A DNA stretch of 64,000 bases, from the IMG/VR virus record IMGVR_UViG_640427134_000001, positions 29,660-93,659 of that record; one strand, 5' to 3'. Below are positions 37,908-47,548 of the stretch, in pieces. The notes below the pieces were generated by a model, which saw only the letters and a list, made by a program, of their open reading frames with translations, searched no databases and had not been told where the DNA came from. This stretch comes from a virus. Both the position numbers and the translations under genes were made by a program. How positions within the stretch are numbered: position 1 is the first letter of the stretch; every line of letters begins with the position of its first letter.

Positions 37908-38372
37908 TTAACACGCCTCTGATAATTCGCAGTTATCAGGGGTTTTTAGTTTGTAGGTCGTTACAGATGTTCCGACCACCTTTGACCAATCTCTTTTTGA
38001 CTCAATCACATATCCCTTCCGCCTAAGATAAGTAATAGTTCTGGATAGTTTGTTTTTTTCAGGCAGCTTTAACCCTTCGTTCGAGATAACCCCAGCTTCA
38101 TGCTTAAATCGATTAAGCACATCTTCTTTGCTGTACTTGCGACAACTTGGCGGGCGTTCATCGATCACTATCTGATACGAGTATCTGATAGTTGAACCTT
38201 TTATCTGTTTAAACTCCCTCTGCTCTAGTCGTCTGCGCACGTATTCTTTATTTCTAATACGCTCAAAACTTGCCAGCGATATCTGCACGCCTTCCACCAG
38301 TTCTGTGCCAAGCTCATCTTCGATAATCTGATCAACTGTCTTTTGCAAAGGGTGAGTAATTTCTATAGCCAT
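37908..38372 (-). CDS. Protein with C-terminal winged-HTH
   Basis: LSRTITYLRRKGYVIES motif. Confidence 0.6.
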   Translation of the reverse strand: MAIEITHPLQKTVDQIIEDELGTELVEGVQISLASFERIRNKEYVRRRLEQREFKQIKGSTIRYSYQIVIDERPPSCRKYSKEDVLNRFKHEAGVISNEGLKLPEKNKLSRTITYLRRKGYVIESKRDWSKVVGTSVTTYKLKTPDNCELSEAC

Positions 38373-38717
38373 TTACTTCTTGCCTCCTCCACTAAAAATA
38401 ATGTCGATAAAATCAGGGCTATTGACGCTCGTGCGTAGCATTGTTGCCATTGCCTGGGCCATGTCTCGGTCACAAAAAACAGCTTCTATATCAACAAGCT
38501 TGATGCCTAAAAAAGCACACATAATGGCAAACAGCTCCAAATCACCCTGTTTATCATCACTTCCAACAAGGCGGCTAATCTTAGCTGTACTTACGCCTGT
38601 AGCCGCAGCTGTAGCACATTGCGTCTTGTCTGTAAGACGCTGTAATAAAAAAGCGTAGTTGTTGCGTGCTATTCCACGCATGGGGTCTGATAATAAATGT
38701 ATCGGGGTGTGGCACAT
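38373..38717 (-). CDS. cII: CII-like transcription activator
   Basis: LLQRL...TAAATGVS..KISR resembles lambda CII; lies directly after cro. Confidence 0.7.
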   Translation of the reverse strand: MCHTPIHLLSDPMRGIARNNYAFLLQRLTDKTQCATAAATGVSTAKISRLVGSDDKQGDLELFAIMCAFLGIKLVDIEAVFCDRDMAQAMATMLRTSVNSPDFIDIIFSGGGKK

Positions 38718-38719
38718 GG

Positions 38720-38923
38720 TTAAGCCTCCTCTATGGTTAAAGTTGATAAATCAGCTTTAAGCTTGTTGTTAGTTCGAATTTGGATAATTGCTTGTTGCTC
38801 AGGTGGGATTCCATTGGCGTTCCAAAGACTGATTGATCCTTTAGATTTGCCAACTCGTTTGCCCACCTCCTCCAAGGTTTTGACTTTATAAAACCTTTTT
38901 AGGTCATCTACTGTCATGTTCAC
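38720..38923 (-). CDS. cro: Cro-like repressor
   Basis: 67-aa HTH, divergent from cI; ISLW...GIP...Q..IQ.....L.AD pattern. Confidence 0.8.
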   Translation of the reverse strand: MNMTVDDLKRFYKVKTLEEVGKRVGKSKGSISLWNANGIPPEQQAIIQIRTNNKLKADLSTLTIEEA

Positions 38924-39010
38924 TTCCTTAAACCATTAGTTTAATACATTAAACCATAAGTTTAAGCGCTTATCAACTGACAGTGGTAAATTATGTTTAA
39001 TAAATTAAAC
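38918..39010. promoter_or_regulatory. OR operator region and PR
   Basis: Palindrome GTTTAA-N4-TTAAAC at 38939-54 and 38995-39010, degenerate copies at 38918-33 and 38960-75. PR on minus: TTGATA-N17-TTTAAT. Confidence 0.75.
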
Positions 39011-39021
39011 AAGGTTGAGTT

Positions 39022-39681
39022 ATGAAGCTAGATACATTTAGAGACAGGTTGATATACGCCAAAGATGAAAAGGGACTGAAGCAAGTTGATCTTGTTAAAG
39101 CGACGGGAGTTAGTAAGGGCACAGTCTCAAACTGGATAAGCGGCAAAACTACCCCAGACGATACTGTAGCCCTGGGGGATTTGGCAAAAGCGCTTGGAGT
39201 GTCAGTAGATTGGTTAGTTACAGGACGGGAGTCTAATAACCATTCTTTTAGCAATGTAAGGCCTGTAGATAAACATGAAATCAGAATGGCTCCTGTGCTT
39301 AACTATGTCCAAGCCGGTGAGTTTTGTGAGTATTTTGACGACGCGATTGCTGATAGGTTTGAGCCTGTAAGCACAAAACACCCCAAAAATTCTTATTGGG
39401 TTGAGCTCAACGGGCTTAGCATGATTCCGGACTTTTATCCCGAGGAATTAGTTCTTATTAATCCCGATATGCAACCCTCACCTGGTGATTATGTCGTTGC
39501 TAAAAAGGCAGGTGAAAATGCCGTAACGTTTAAAAAGTGGCGGCCACGTGGGTTTGATGATGACGGCGTTGAGTATTGTGAGCTGGTACCTCTAAACCCC
39601 GACTTCCCTATCATTGATAGTAGGCATACTCCGTTCACAATTTGTGGCGTGGCTGTTGAACATAAGAAGAAATTAAAATGA
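39022..39681 (+). CDS. cI: CI-like repressor (HTH + S24 autopeptidase)
   Basis: HTH, VQAG cleavage site, GLSM catalytic Ser and TFKK catalytic Lys. Confidence 0.93.
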   Translation: MKLDTFRDRLIYAKDEKGLKQVDLVKATGVSKGTVSNWISGKTTPDDTVALGDLAKALGVSVDWLVTGRESNNHSFSNVRPVDKHEIRMAPVLNYVQAGEFCEYFDDAIADRFEPVSTKHPKNSYWVELNGLSMIPDFYPEELVLINPDMQPSPGDYVVAKKAGENAVTFKKWRPRGFDDDGVEYCELVPLNPDFPIIDSRHTPFTICGVAVEHKKKLK

Positions 39682-39905
39682 TTAGACTATTTGCATCATC
39701 TATCGCATTAATATCTTTGGCTGGATGCAGCGACGACCCCAATAGCAAACCAGAATACGGCGATGAATCGGGATTGCCAAAAAACTGCCGGGCATACATT
39801 CAAGAAAGTGTCGATGATTGGCGGAATGGCGTTCATAGCACTGAAGATACGATGGATGCTATTGAGCGTAACTGTGGGGTGTATGGGGATTTGTGGGGTG
39901 ACTAG
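39678..39905 (+). CDS. Small lipoprotein
   Basis: Signal peptide with LAGC lipobox; overlaps the cI stop. Confidence 0.75.
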   Translation: MIRLFASSIALISLAGCSDDPNSKPEYGDESGLPKNCRAYIQESVDDWRNGVHSTEDTMDAIERNCGVYGDLWGD

Positions 39906-39916
39906 GATATTATCTT

Positions 39917-40759
39917 ATGGATAAAATGATATTAAAGGAAGTAATGCCCAATGATGTAGAGCGTATTACTCGTACAGTGAAGAATGATCCTATGAGCAAT
40001 GTTCTTATGGGGAGTTTATTGCTAAATAATAAGTCTCAATCTGTATACTTTAAATTCTATCCTATACAATTGGGCAATAGAGGGCTATTAAACGAGGTTA
40101 TAGGTTATCTATACGGAACGGTATCTAATGTTTCTCAGCCTGAATTTGCAGGAGTAGCGTTTGTATCAACCGATATGCTTAACCCTTTTTATAACTCACT
40201 AACTGAAGATTTAAAAAAAAGCGTTCAACAAGAGAAGCATCTACCTGCGTTTTTCACTAAAAATGTTCCTGGATATCACTATAAATACAATGTGCTAACC
40301 GACAAACAGCGCAAAGAAATATTAAAATGGTCAGACTTTAATAAGGCAATTGTGTTTGATGAGATTATCGCAAATACTGATCGTTATCCTAGGAATCTTA
40401 TTCAAACAGGAAGCAATCAATTTTGTTTGATTGATAATGGATTCCTAGCTACTGAAAACAATAGCCATCCGAACTGGAAATCTTCTCAGTTATATCGTGA
40501 AAGGAACTATGAGAACCAGCTTGCTCTAATCAACCAAGCTGAAATACAAGCAGATGCTCGTAAAGGAAATAGGATGATTGCTGCTGCAGACGAGTACTTT
40601 CTTTCCTACAATCACCTCCTGCCTGAGATAGAGTATTGGATAGACCTATTAATCGAGGATGCTGATAAACAAGATTGGCGAGAGTTTTTAGATTTTTTAG
40701 AGTATAGAACAAATAGTATTAATAGCTTATTAAGTAACCGTTATGGATTACTGGGGTAA
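39917..40759 (+). CDS. HipA-like (PI3/4K-fold) Ser/Thr kinase
   Basis: YFK, NEVIGY, NTDRYPRNL and LIDNG kinase motifs. Confidence 0.82.
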   Translation: MDKMILKEVMPNDVERITRTVKNDPMSNVLMGSLLLNNKSQSVYFKFYPIQLGNRGLLNEVIGYLYGTVSNVSQPEFAGVAFVSTDMLNPFYNSLTEDLKKSVQQEKHLPAFFTKNVPGYHYKYNVLTDKQRKEILKWSDFNKAIVFDEIIANTDRYPRNLIQTGSNQFCLIDNGFLATENNSHPNWKSSQLYRERNYENQLALINQAEIQADARKGNRMIAAADEYFLSYNHLLPEIEYWIDLLIEDADKQDWREFLDFLEYRTNSINSLLSNRYGLLG

Positions 40760-40762
40760 AAA

Positions 40763-41665
40763 ATGAATTGGAGAGAGGCTTTATCGACAGAGGGCAAGCC
40801 ACGCCCGCATAGAGTGTCTGGAAAGTTCCAGGTTATTAGATTTATGCCTAATTTAGTTGCGCAAGAGATATTTAATATAGGCATTGTATTTATAGACAAT
40901 CAAAACAAACGACATATCCGCATGCTCAATAACGCCAAGGCTTTTGAGTGCCTATATGGAAAAGCGGGAGCAGCTCAAGTTCAAAATATGCTCACTTATG
41001 CCAATGATGTAACTGAAAGCCTAGGCGAATCCGCCTCATTAGCTTCACCACATCTGAGCTACTCTGAGCCACTTTTTACCCAAGGGCTAACTGCTGACCA
41101 GATTTTATCAAGTTTATATGATGAGTACATAAATCTAATTTGTAATGACGAAGCTACTACTGCGAAACGTGGAGCGATTAATACTGACAATTTACGAAAA
41201 AAAGTATTTTCTAGGTTACGTAAGATTAATCCTCGCGGTTATAATGATATCTTGCATGAAGATCCAATAATAGTAGAGCGTAAAAACGAAAAAATTGAAT
41301 TAAACCTGCCTATCTGGAAGTATGATAAATTGTTTGAAGATAGTTTTTTTGCAACTATTATTTCTGCTGACTTTATTCCAGAAGCTTACTTGGGGTATAA
41401 CCTAGATACATTAGGAGCAATGAACCTACAAGCAGCTTGCGAAATCCAAGGATCCAAAAGTAAAGCAGGCTTCTTTATCTATTGCCCAAATCCGGACACT
41501 AGCGATATTAATGAGGCGGATTATCTTAGAATTAAAACTCATATAAATAAAACGCTTAAGAATGTACAGTATGTCGCTAGTCGAACTAATACTATCTTGG
41601 ATTATAAAGTTTCTGAGAACCTTGAAACTTTAAACGCTGCAGTTCTAGACTTTACCTCTGCTTAA
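40763..41665 (+). CDS. DUF3037-like protein
   Basis: VIRFMPNL...E.FNIGIV N-terminal signature; adjacent to the HipA-like kinase. Confidence 0.72.
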   Translation: MNWREALSTEGKPRPHRVSGKFQVIRFMPNLVAQEIFNIGIVFIDNQNKRHIRMLNNAKAFECLYGKAGAAQVQNMLTYANDVTESLGESASLASPHLSYSEPLFTQGLTADQILSSLYDEYINLICNDEATTAKRGAINTDNLRKKVFSRLRKINPRGYNDILHEDPIIVERKNEKIELNLPIWKYDKLFEDSFFATIISADFIPEAYLGYNLDTLGAMNLQAACEIQGSKSKAGFFIYCPNPDTSDINEADYLRIKTHINKTLKNVQYVASRTNTILDYKVSENLETLNAAVLDFTSA

Positions 41666-41684
41666 TACATTCAACTCACCGACC

Positions 41685-41707
41685 AAACCGCCCAAGTGGC
41701 GGTTTTT
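41685..41707 (+). terminator. Intrinsic terminator / cassette-boundary hairpin
   Basis: AAACCGCC-CAAGT-GGCGGTTTTT. Confidence 0.75.
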
Positions 41708-41794
41708 CATCCTCTTAAAGTTAATGACTTGCCAGCAGTACATTTGCTAAAATTAAAAAACCCATCGAATCATGAATCAAAAAAGAGGACACAT

Positions 41795-42319
41795 ATGCCT
41801 AAGAGGGCTGAGCAAAGTCTAGAGAAAACTATATTTAACAGTCGCTGGCTGTTAGCTCCATTTTATTTAGGGCTTATAATAGGAATTATTCTTCTTTTCA
41901 TAAAATTTTTTCAAAAAATCTGGTATATCACTACGCATGTATTCACTGCTAGCGAAGCCGATGTAATTGTTGGCACGTTAGTTTTAATAGATATAGCACT
42001 AGTGGCCAGCTTATTACTTATTATTGTATTTAGTGGGTACGAAATATTTGTTTCAAAAATTGATACAGGAGACCATGAAGATCGTCCGGGCTGGATGGGT
42101 ACCATTGATTTCTCTGGCTTAAAACTAAAGGTCATTAGTGCCATTGTTGCTATTTCTGCAATTGACCTTCTCAAATCATTTATGAATATACCTGACCAGA
42201 TAAGTGATGGGGACGCTAATAGACTAATGTGGAAGGTCGTTATACATATGACATTCGTTTTATCTGGACTATTGTTTGCTTTAATGGATAAGATTGCTGG
42301 TGATACTAAAAAGCACTAA
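41795..42319 (+). CDS. yqhA: UPF0114 / TIGR00645 membrane protein
   Basis: SRWLLAPFYLGL, SGYE.FVS, LK.KV..AIVAISAI.LL and W...IH motifs; probable ATG at 41795. Confidence 0.88.
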   Translation: MPKRAEQSLEKTIFNSRWLLAPFYLGLIIGIILLFIKFFQKIWYITTHVFTASEADVIVGTLVLIDIALVASLLLIIVFSGYEIFVSKIDTGDHEDRPGWMGTIDFSGLKLKVISAIVAISAIDLLKSFMNIPDQISDGDANRLMWKVVIHMTFVLSGLLFALMDKIAGDTKKH

Positions 42320-42353
42320 ATAAAACATTTGGATGAAGATCTATAAGTTAACT

Positions 42354-42378
42354 AAACCGCCATAGTGGCGGTTTTTTT
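42354..42378 (+). terminator. Intrinsic terminator / cassette-boundary hairpin
   Basis: AAACCGCC-ATAGT-GGCGGTTTTTTT. Confidence 0.78.
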
Positions 42379-42508
42379 GTGCTCAATACCAAACTAATAG
42401 TTCTTTCAGTAATGATAATTAGTCATAAAAACACGCTCTGTTATTTAATACACTGGCAACAGCTGATTGGCCCTATAATCTCATTATCATACATTTAGGA
42501 GTTGCAAA

Positions 42509-43960
42509 GTGTTTTCTAGTTATAGAGAAGATAAATATTTTCTAAGCAGGGCTTTACCTGTCTTAGTGGGACTGATTACAGTTTATAGTCTGTTAATACT
42601 TTTATCAGTACAAATCAACGCTGTAGCACTAGCCATTTTGTTGATGGTTATTTTTTGCCTCATCAACATCCCTGTTGCAGTTGCAATCGTTTTAGCTGCA
42701 TTACTTGGCGGTTTACACGCAGGTATGGATTTTCCGGCAATTTTAGAAAGTTTAAACGATAATATATTGGGTGGCGCTCAGGTTGGCATGACCTATATTA
42801 TGGTTGGGGCTTTCGCAGTTGCTTTAGCTAGAAGTGGTATTCTTGATTGGTTGGCACAGAAAATGACCCACCGCCTAAACAGGGATAGCGTACAAGTACG
42901 AAACCAAGTTAAGTGGACTTTATTTTTTATCTTTATCGTCGCCTCCCTGTTATCGCAAAATTTAATACCTGTCCATATCGCTTTTATACCCGTATTAATC
43001 CCTCCCCTACTAAATATGATGAATAAGCTAAAAATAGATAGACGAGCAGTCGCCTGTATTTTGGCCTGTGGTATCAGCTCATCATACTTACTATTGCCAT
43101 TCGGTTTTGGCGCTATATATCTCAATGAAATACTATTAGAGAATATAAATACTGTAGGAGGTGGTTTAGGACTAGAAGCAACTGCTGGCATGGCACCTAA
43201 GGCTATGTTTTTCCCAGTTATGGGTATACTAGCTGGTATGCTCGTTGCTGTATTTATTAGTTATCGTAAGCCACGCGAGTATGCTTTAAATTTAGATACC
43301 ATGAACACAGAAGAATACAAAGTTGTTAGTGCTATTAACTGGCAACCATTATTGATGACTTTATTAGCTGTAGTAGCGGTATTACTTTTTCAGGTGTTTT
43401 TTGATTCTCTGTTTATAGGTGCAATGATTGGCTTTATGATTCTTGGTTTTTCAGGTATTTATAGTTGGAAAGGGCAAGATGATGTATTCACTCAAGGCAT
43501 TCGATTAATGGCTGAAATTGCTGTCATTATTACTATTGCCTCTGGATTTGCAGGTGTTTTGACTGCCACAGGGGATATCGACCCCCTTGTCGCCTCTGCA
43601 ACAGAGTTCTTTGGTAATAATCAGTTGCTCGGTGCTGCAATAATGCTGTTAGTTGGACTGTTTATCACAATCGGGTTTGGTGACTCTTTTGCTTCAGTGC
43701 CTATACTAGCACCTATATACATCCCTTTAGCTGTTGCGCTGGGCTTTTCACCACTTGCCACTATAGCTTTATTAGGAGCATCAGCCGCACTAGGTGATGC
43801 CGGATCGCCCGCTTCAACAATTACTCTTGGTGCTACTGCTGGTCTTAATGCAGATGGACAGCACGACCATGTTAAAGACAGTGTCATTCCAACTTTTTTA
43901 CATGCAAATATAGGTATGTTGCTTTTCACTTGGATTGCAGCTGTTTGGATTTTAAATTAA
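42509..43960 (+). CDS. Na+/H+ antiporter-family (YuiF-like) transporter
   Basis: About 12 TM segments; SQNLIPVHIAFIP, GDAGSPAS and GQHDH..D.V.PTF.H motifs. Confidence 0.85.
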   Translation: MFSSYREDKYFLSRALPVLVGLITVYSLLILLSVQINAVALAILLMVIFCLINIPVAVAIVLAALLGGLHAGMDFPAILESLNDNILGGAQVGMTYIMVGAFAVALARSGILDWLAQKMTHRLNRDSVQVRNQVKWTLFFIFIVASLLSQNLIPVHIAFIPVLIPPLLNMMNKLKIDRRAVACILACGISSSYLLLPFGFGAIYLNEILLENINTVGGGLGLEATAGMAPKAMFFPVMGILAGMLVAVFISYRKPREYALNLDTMNTEEYKVVSAINWQPLLMTLLAVVAVLLFQVFFDSLFIGAMIGFMILGFSGIYSWKGQDDVFTQGIRLMAEIAVIITIASGFAGVLTATGDIDPLVASATEFFGNNQLLGAAIMLLVGLFITIGFGDSFASVPILAPIYIPLAVALGFSPLATIALLGASAALGDAGSPASTITLGATAGLNADGQHDHVKDSVIPTFLHANIGMLLFTWIAAVWILN

Positions 43961-43995
43961 TGAAATAGTGCTTATCATCCATTTTTATAGAAATC

Positions 43996-44021
43996 AACCG
44001 CCCTACCAGGGCGGTTTTTTT
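43996..44021 (+). terminator. Intrinsic terminator / cassette-boundary hairpin
   Basis: AACCGCCC-TACCA-GGGCGGTTTTTTT. Confidence 0.78.
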
Positions 44022-44115
44022 GTTTCTGCCATTCAAGAATAAAGAGTAAATGAGCAGAAAAATGATGTGAACTAAGCCACCTTGAGGGCGGTTTTTTATT
44101 GCCTTTAATAAGTAA

Positions 44116-44166
44116 GTTTAATTTATTGAACTTTTTTCTTGACACAAAGGTTTAATTTGTTAAACT
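44116..44166 (+). promoter_or_regulatory. OL operators and PL
   Basis: GTTTAA-N4-TTAAAC at 44150-65 and a one-mismatch copy at 44116-31; TTGACA (44139-44)-N16-TAAACT (44161-66). Confidence 0.78.
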
Positions 44167-44293
44167 AATAAACATCAATAAAGACAAGCAATCAGACGAT
44201 GATGCTTTGACTATTTAAAAACATGATTAAAGGCTAACAAATTACAGCCGATTCAAGTAGTCGGCTGTTGTGTGTTAACCAAAGGAGATAGGC

Positions 44294-44479
44294 ATGAAAT
44301 GTGAATGTGGAGCAATAGCAGGTCAAGAATGCAAATGGATCACTAGCTCAAATGGTGATGATTGCACTTGCAATAACTGCAATTGGAACGGACTGGTTGT
44401 ACAGGGTTGCGATATCTGCCCTGGCTGCAAAGCTCAAGGAACAATGAAATGGACAAATGAAGAAGAGCTCGACGATTAA
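44294..44479 (+). CDS. Cys-rich small protein (9 Cys in 61 aa), first gene after PL
   Basis: AAGGAG Shine-Dalgarno upstream; CxC and CxxC clusters. Confidence 0.65.
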   Translation: MKCECGAIAGQECKWITSSNGDDCTCNNCNWNGLVVQGCDICPGCKAQGTMKWTNEEELDD

Positions 44480-44547
44480 CAGGCACAAAAAAGCCCCTCC
44501 GACTACCACATCAAAAGGGGCTACTTAATCAAATAAGCGAGGACATT

Positions 44548-44883
44548 ATGACAGCAACTTTAGAGAAACTCAAGTTAGACACGGGTTATGACTACGAAAT
44601 TAACGAAGGTTATCGCAAGAAGACTGGTTTTTTCTTCTTCGAACAAGGCTATGACTTGATTCAAGTTGGCTTCAAATCAGATGAACACGGCAATATCCAA
44701 AAACTGGAAGTTATCGAAGCGTTAAAAGAAGGTGAAGAGCCGATGGACTTTATTATCACTGATGGAATTTATCAAGTTATGCGTGACCAAATCGAGCCAA
44801 TGATATGGGGTGAAGATCCTTATGAAGAGCGCGACAGTATGAGCTCACTTGGTTTCACAAATCCTGATTTTTTATACGGTTAA
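44548..44883 (+). CDS. Acidic hypothetical phage protein
   Basis: 111 aa with GAGGA Shine-Dalgarno. Confidence 0.65.
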   Translation: MTATLEKLKLDTGYDYEINEGYRKKTGFFFFEQGYDLIQVGFKSDEHGNIQKLEVIEALKEGEEPMDFIITDGIYQVMRDQIEPMIWGEDPYEERDSMSSLGFTNPDFLYG

Positions 44884-44893
44884 GGGGATGGTG

Positions 44894-45055
44894 ATGGAAA
44901 AGTTATATCGAGTCAGTTACATCGACCAAGGGACGTACATTACTGAGTACGTCTATGGGGAAACAATCATGCAAGCACGCGGTCACATCATTCATAGCTT
45001 AAAGCGCTGGGTAGATTTTCAAGAAGTCGTTGAAGTTAGCGAGGTGGGCGCATGA
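44894..45055 (+). CDS. Hypothetical phage protein
   Basis: AAGGGG Shine-Dalgarno; coupled to the next ORF. Confidence 0.55.
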   Translation: MEKLYRVSYIDQGTYITEYVYGETIMQARGHIIHSLKRWVDFQEVVEVSEVGA

Positions 45056-45213
45056 TGAAGGCATTAGCTACAGCTCTATTAGCAGCCATTGTAGGTGGCT
45101 GCTCAACCCATGTAGCGCTACTTGCGCTGGACAAAGAACAAAGCAATCAGCAGCAGTACATCGATAACTACGACTACGAAATGAGTCAAATGGAGGCAAA
45201 AGATTATGAGTAA
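45052..45213 (+). CDS. Small putative lipoprotein (53 aa; absent from the ORF track)
   Basis: MMKALATALLAAIVGGC... lipobox-like; ATGA overlap upstream and overlap with the YqaJ start. Confidence 0.55.
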   Translation: MMKALATALLAAIVGGCSTHVALLALDKEQSNQQQYIDNYDYEMSQMEAKDYE

Positions 45214-46222
45214 TTTAGCAATCTTAGAAAGCTTTAAAAAGTACGCATCAAACCTTGCGCTTAGCACCAAAAACATGAGCCGTGAAGATTGGTTAACGGC
45301 TCGCCAAACCGGTATCGGTGGTTCTGATGTCAGCGCAATTATGGGTGTTAACCCCTACGCTACTGCCTACGATGTTTATGTTAGCAAAACGCAGCCAGTT
45401 GAAGATACCGCCGGCGAACCTGCTTACTGGGGCACCACCTTAGAACCAGTAGTTGCTACTGAGTTTGCCAAGCGTAACGACCTTAAGATCCAAAACGTTA
45501 ACTTTATGATGCGTCATCCGGTCCATAAATTTGCAGTGGCCAACATTGACCGCGCTGTTATCAATCCAGAGATTAGCGGCAACGTTAGATTTAAAGATGG
45601 CAAGCTTACTACCGATACTATCTTAGAGATTAAGACAGCATCTGAGTACGTCGCTAAAGACTGGGGGGATGAAGAGTCTGATCAAGTACCTGATCAGTAT
45701 ATGTGTCAAGCACAGTGGTATATGGGCGTGACTGATACCCAAGTTTGCTACATGGCCGTGTTAATCGGTGGTAACAAGTACCGTCAGTATCGCATCGAGC
45801 GCAATCAAGAGTTAATCGATGTGTTGTTTGAAGTGGCCGAAGATTTTTGGGTTAACAATGTTTTGGTTGGGGTGGCACCTGAAGCGACTACTCTACAGAA
45901 CGCCAAAGACAAATATCCAAAGCATACGCCAGATGCGGTACTTGATGTATCAATAGAGGACGAAGCGGTCGAAGTCTTTAACGAATTCGTTGAGCTTAAA
46001 GAAGCTGAAAAGCTACTTAAAAAGCAGATTGAAGCCGCTCAAACCAAGCTTATTTGCACGATTGGTGACAATGAAGCGCTGGCGATTGATGGTGATATTG
46101 CAGTGACATATAAGGCTCAGGTCAGTAATCGATTTGATAGCAATAGCTTTAAAAAAGATATGCCTGAACTTGCTAAGCAATACACCAAACAATCCATAAG
46201 CCGAATCATGAGGGTTAAGTGA
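45206..46222 (+). CDS. YqaJ-like recombination exonuclease
   Basis: WL..R..GIGGSD, G..LEP.VA, ANIDR, LEIKT and Y..Q.Q.YM motifs. Confidence 0.92.
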   Translation: MSNLAILESFKKYASNLALSTKNMSREDWLTARQTGIGGSDVSAIMGVNPYATAYDVYVSKTQPVEDTAGEPAYWGTTLEPVVATEFAKRNDLKIQNVNFMMRHPVHKFAVANIDRAVINPEISGNVRFKDGKLTTDTILEIKTASEYVAKDWGDEESDQVPDQYMCQAQWYMGVTDTQVCYMAVLIGGNKYRQYRIERNQELIDVLFEVAEDFWVNNVLVGVAPEATTLQNAKDKYPKHTPDAVLDVSIEDEAVEVFNEFVELKEAEKLLKKQIEAAQTKLICTIGDNEALAIDGDIAVTYKAQVSNRFDSNSFKKDMPELAKQYTKQSISRIMRVK

Positions 46223-46587
46223 TGAAGATTGAAGCTATCCCAAAAGAAGATTTAATCATTATAGCCAACTGTATGCTTGCACGAATAAAAGAGCTTGAAG
46301 CTGAAAACAAAAGAATTTCACAGCAATGGGCCGATAGATACCATCCATTGTCATTCGTTGGGACGTTGGCAGGCCAAGTGTTTTTAGAAAATAAAGACGC
46401 AGCCCGTCAGGCCTTAAATAAGTTTTATGAAATATATGACAATCAAGATATTTGGTGTTTAGACGTTGATGCAATTGACATGGCTAAGGGCGCAAGAATG
46501 GTTCTGGGCGATGCAATTACAGAAACCGAATATCAAGAATTAACAAAACTAGAAAGCCAATTAAATAAGGAACAAAACAATGAATAA
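46219..46587 (+). CDS. Hypothetical phage protein
   Basis: Coupled between YqaJ and RecT. Confidence 0.6.
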   Translation: MMKIEAIPKEDLIIIANCMLARIKELEAENKRISQQWADRYHPLSFVGTLAGQVFLENKDAARQALNKFYEIYDNQDIWCLDVDAIDMAKGARMVLGDAITETEYQELTKLESQLNKEQNNE

Positions 46588-47548
46588 CTTACCTCAACAA
46601 ACACAACCATCTGGTTTTATCAATCCTCAAAACTATCAAGAAGCCTGGCAGTTTAGCGAAATGTTAGCAGCATCTGAGATGGTGCCCAAGAACTTCAAAG
46701 GTAAACCGGCTGATATTTTAATCGCCATGCAAATGGGTAGCGAGATTGGCTTAAAACCCCTGCAATCACTGCAAAATATCGCTGTAGTTAATGGCCGTCC
46801 TACCATCTGGGGTGACGCGGTTGTAGCTATCTGCCAAAGCTCAGGGATGCTTGAAGATATTACTGAAGAAGTCACCGATGAATATGCAACGGTCACTGTT
46901 AAGCGAATTGGCCAAGAGCCACACAGCGTAACTTTTAGTATGCAAGACGCTAAAAAAGCAGGGTTGGCTGGTAAACAAGGTCCTTGGACTCAGTACCCCA
47001 AGCGCATGATGAAAAACCGCGCACGTGCTTACGCTCTACGTGACAAGTTCGCTGACGTGCTAAGTGGCTTTGGGATCACTGAAGAAGAGAAAGACCGTGT
47101 GATTGACGTTACTCCAGCCAAGCCGGGTAAGACCAAAAACGCCGGTGCCTCTGCCCTACTTGAGCGTGTCAAAGCAAAGGCGGCAACAGTTGAAGCACCG
47201 GCTATTGAGTATTTTGATACCACCCAATTAATTAACTTCATTGCCCAAGCTGAAAACTTAGAGCAAATTAATGGTATCGGCAAAGAAATTAAAGCCATGT
47301 CTGAAAATGCAGATATCAACATCAAAAATTATGACTTGGCAGCTCTACGTAAAACTTGGAAAGATAAAAAGCTGGAGCTTGAGTACGCCAATCTTATGAA
47401 TAACATCAAATCGTGCCAGTCATTAGATGATATTGAGCGTATGCGCGGTGTGATTGAAGACAAGTCTGGTGACTTTGCACAGCCTGATTTACAGCTACTT
47501 AGCGACACGCTAGATATGGTTGCTGAAGAAATTGGTGCTGAGGGTTAA
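46580..47548 (+). CDS. recT: RecT/Bet-family single-strand annealing protein
   Basis: VPK.F.GKP.D..IA.Q.G.E.GL.P.Q.LQ.I.V.NGRP and W..YP.RM...RA motifs. Confidence 0.88.
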   Translation: MNNLPQQTQPSGFINPQNYQEAWQFSEMLAASEMVPKNFKGKPADILIAMQMGSEIGLKPLQSLQNIAVVNGRPTIWGDAVVAICQSSGMLEDITEEVTDEYATVTVKRIGQEPHSVTFSMQDAKKAGLAGKQGPWTQYPKRMMKNRARAYALRDKFADVLSGFGITEEEKDRVIDVTPAKPGKTKNAGASALLERVKAKAATVEAPAIEYFDTTQLINFIAQAENLEQINGIGKEIKAMSENADINIKNYDLAALRKTWKDKKLELEYANLMNNIKSCQSLDDIERMRGVIEDKSGDFAQPDLQLLSDTLDMVAEEIGAEG

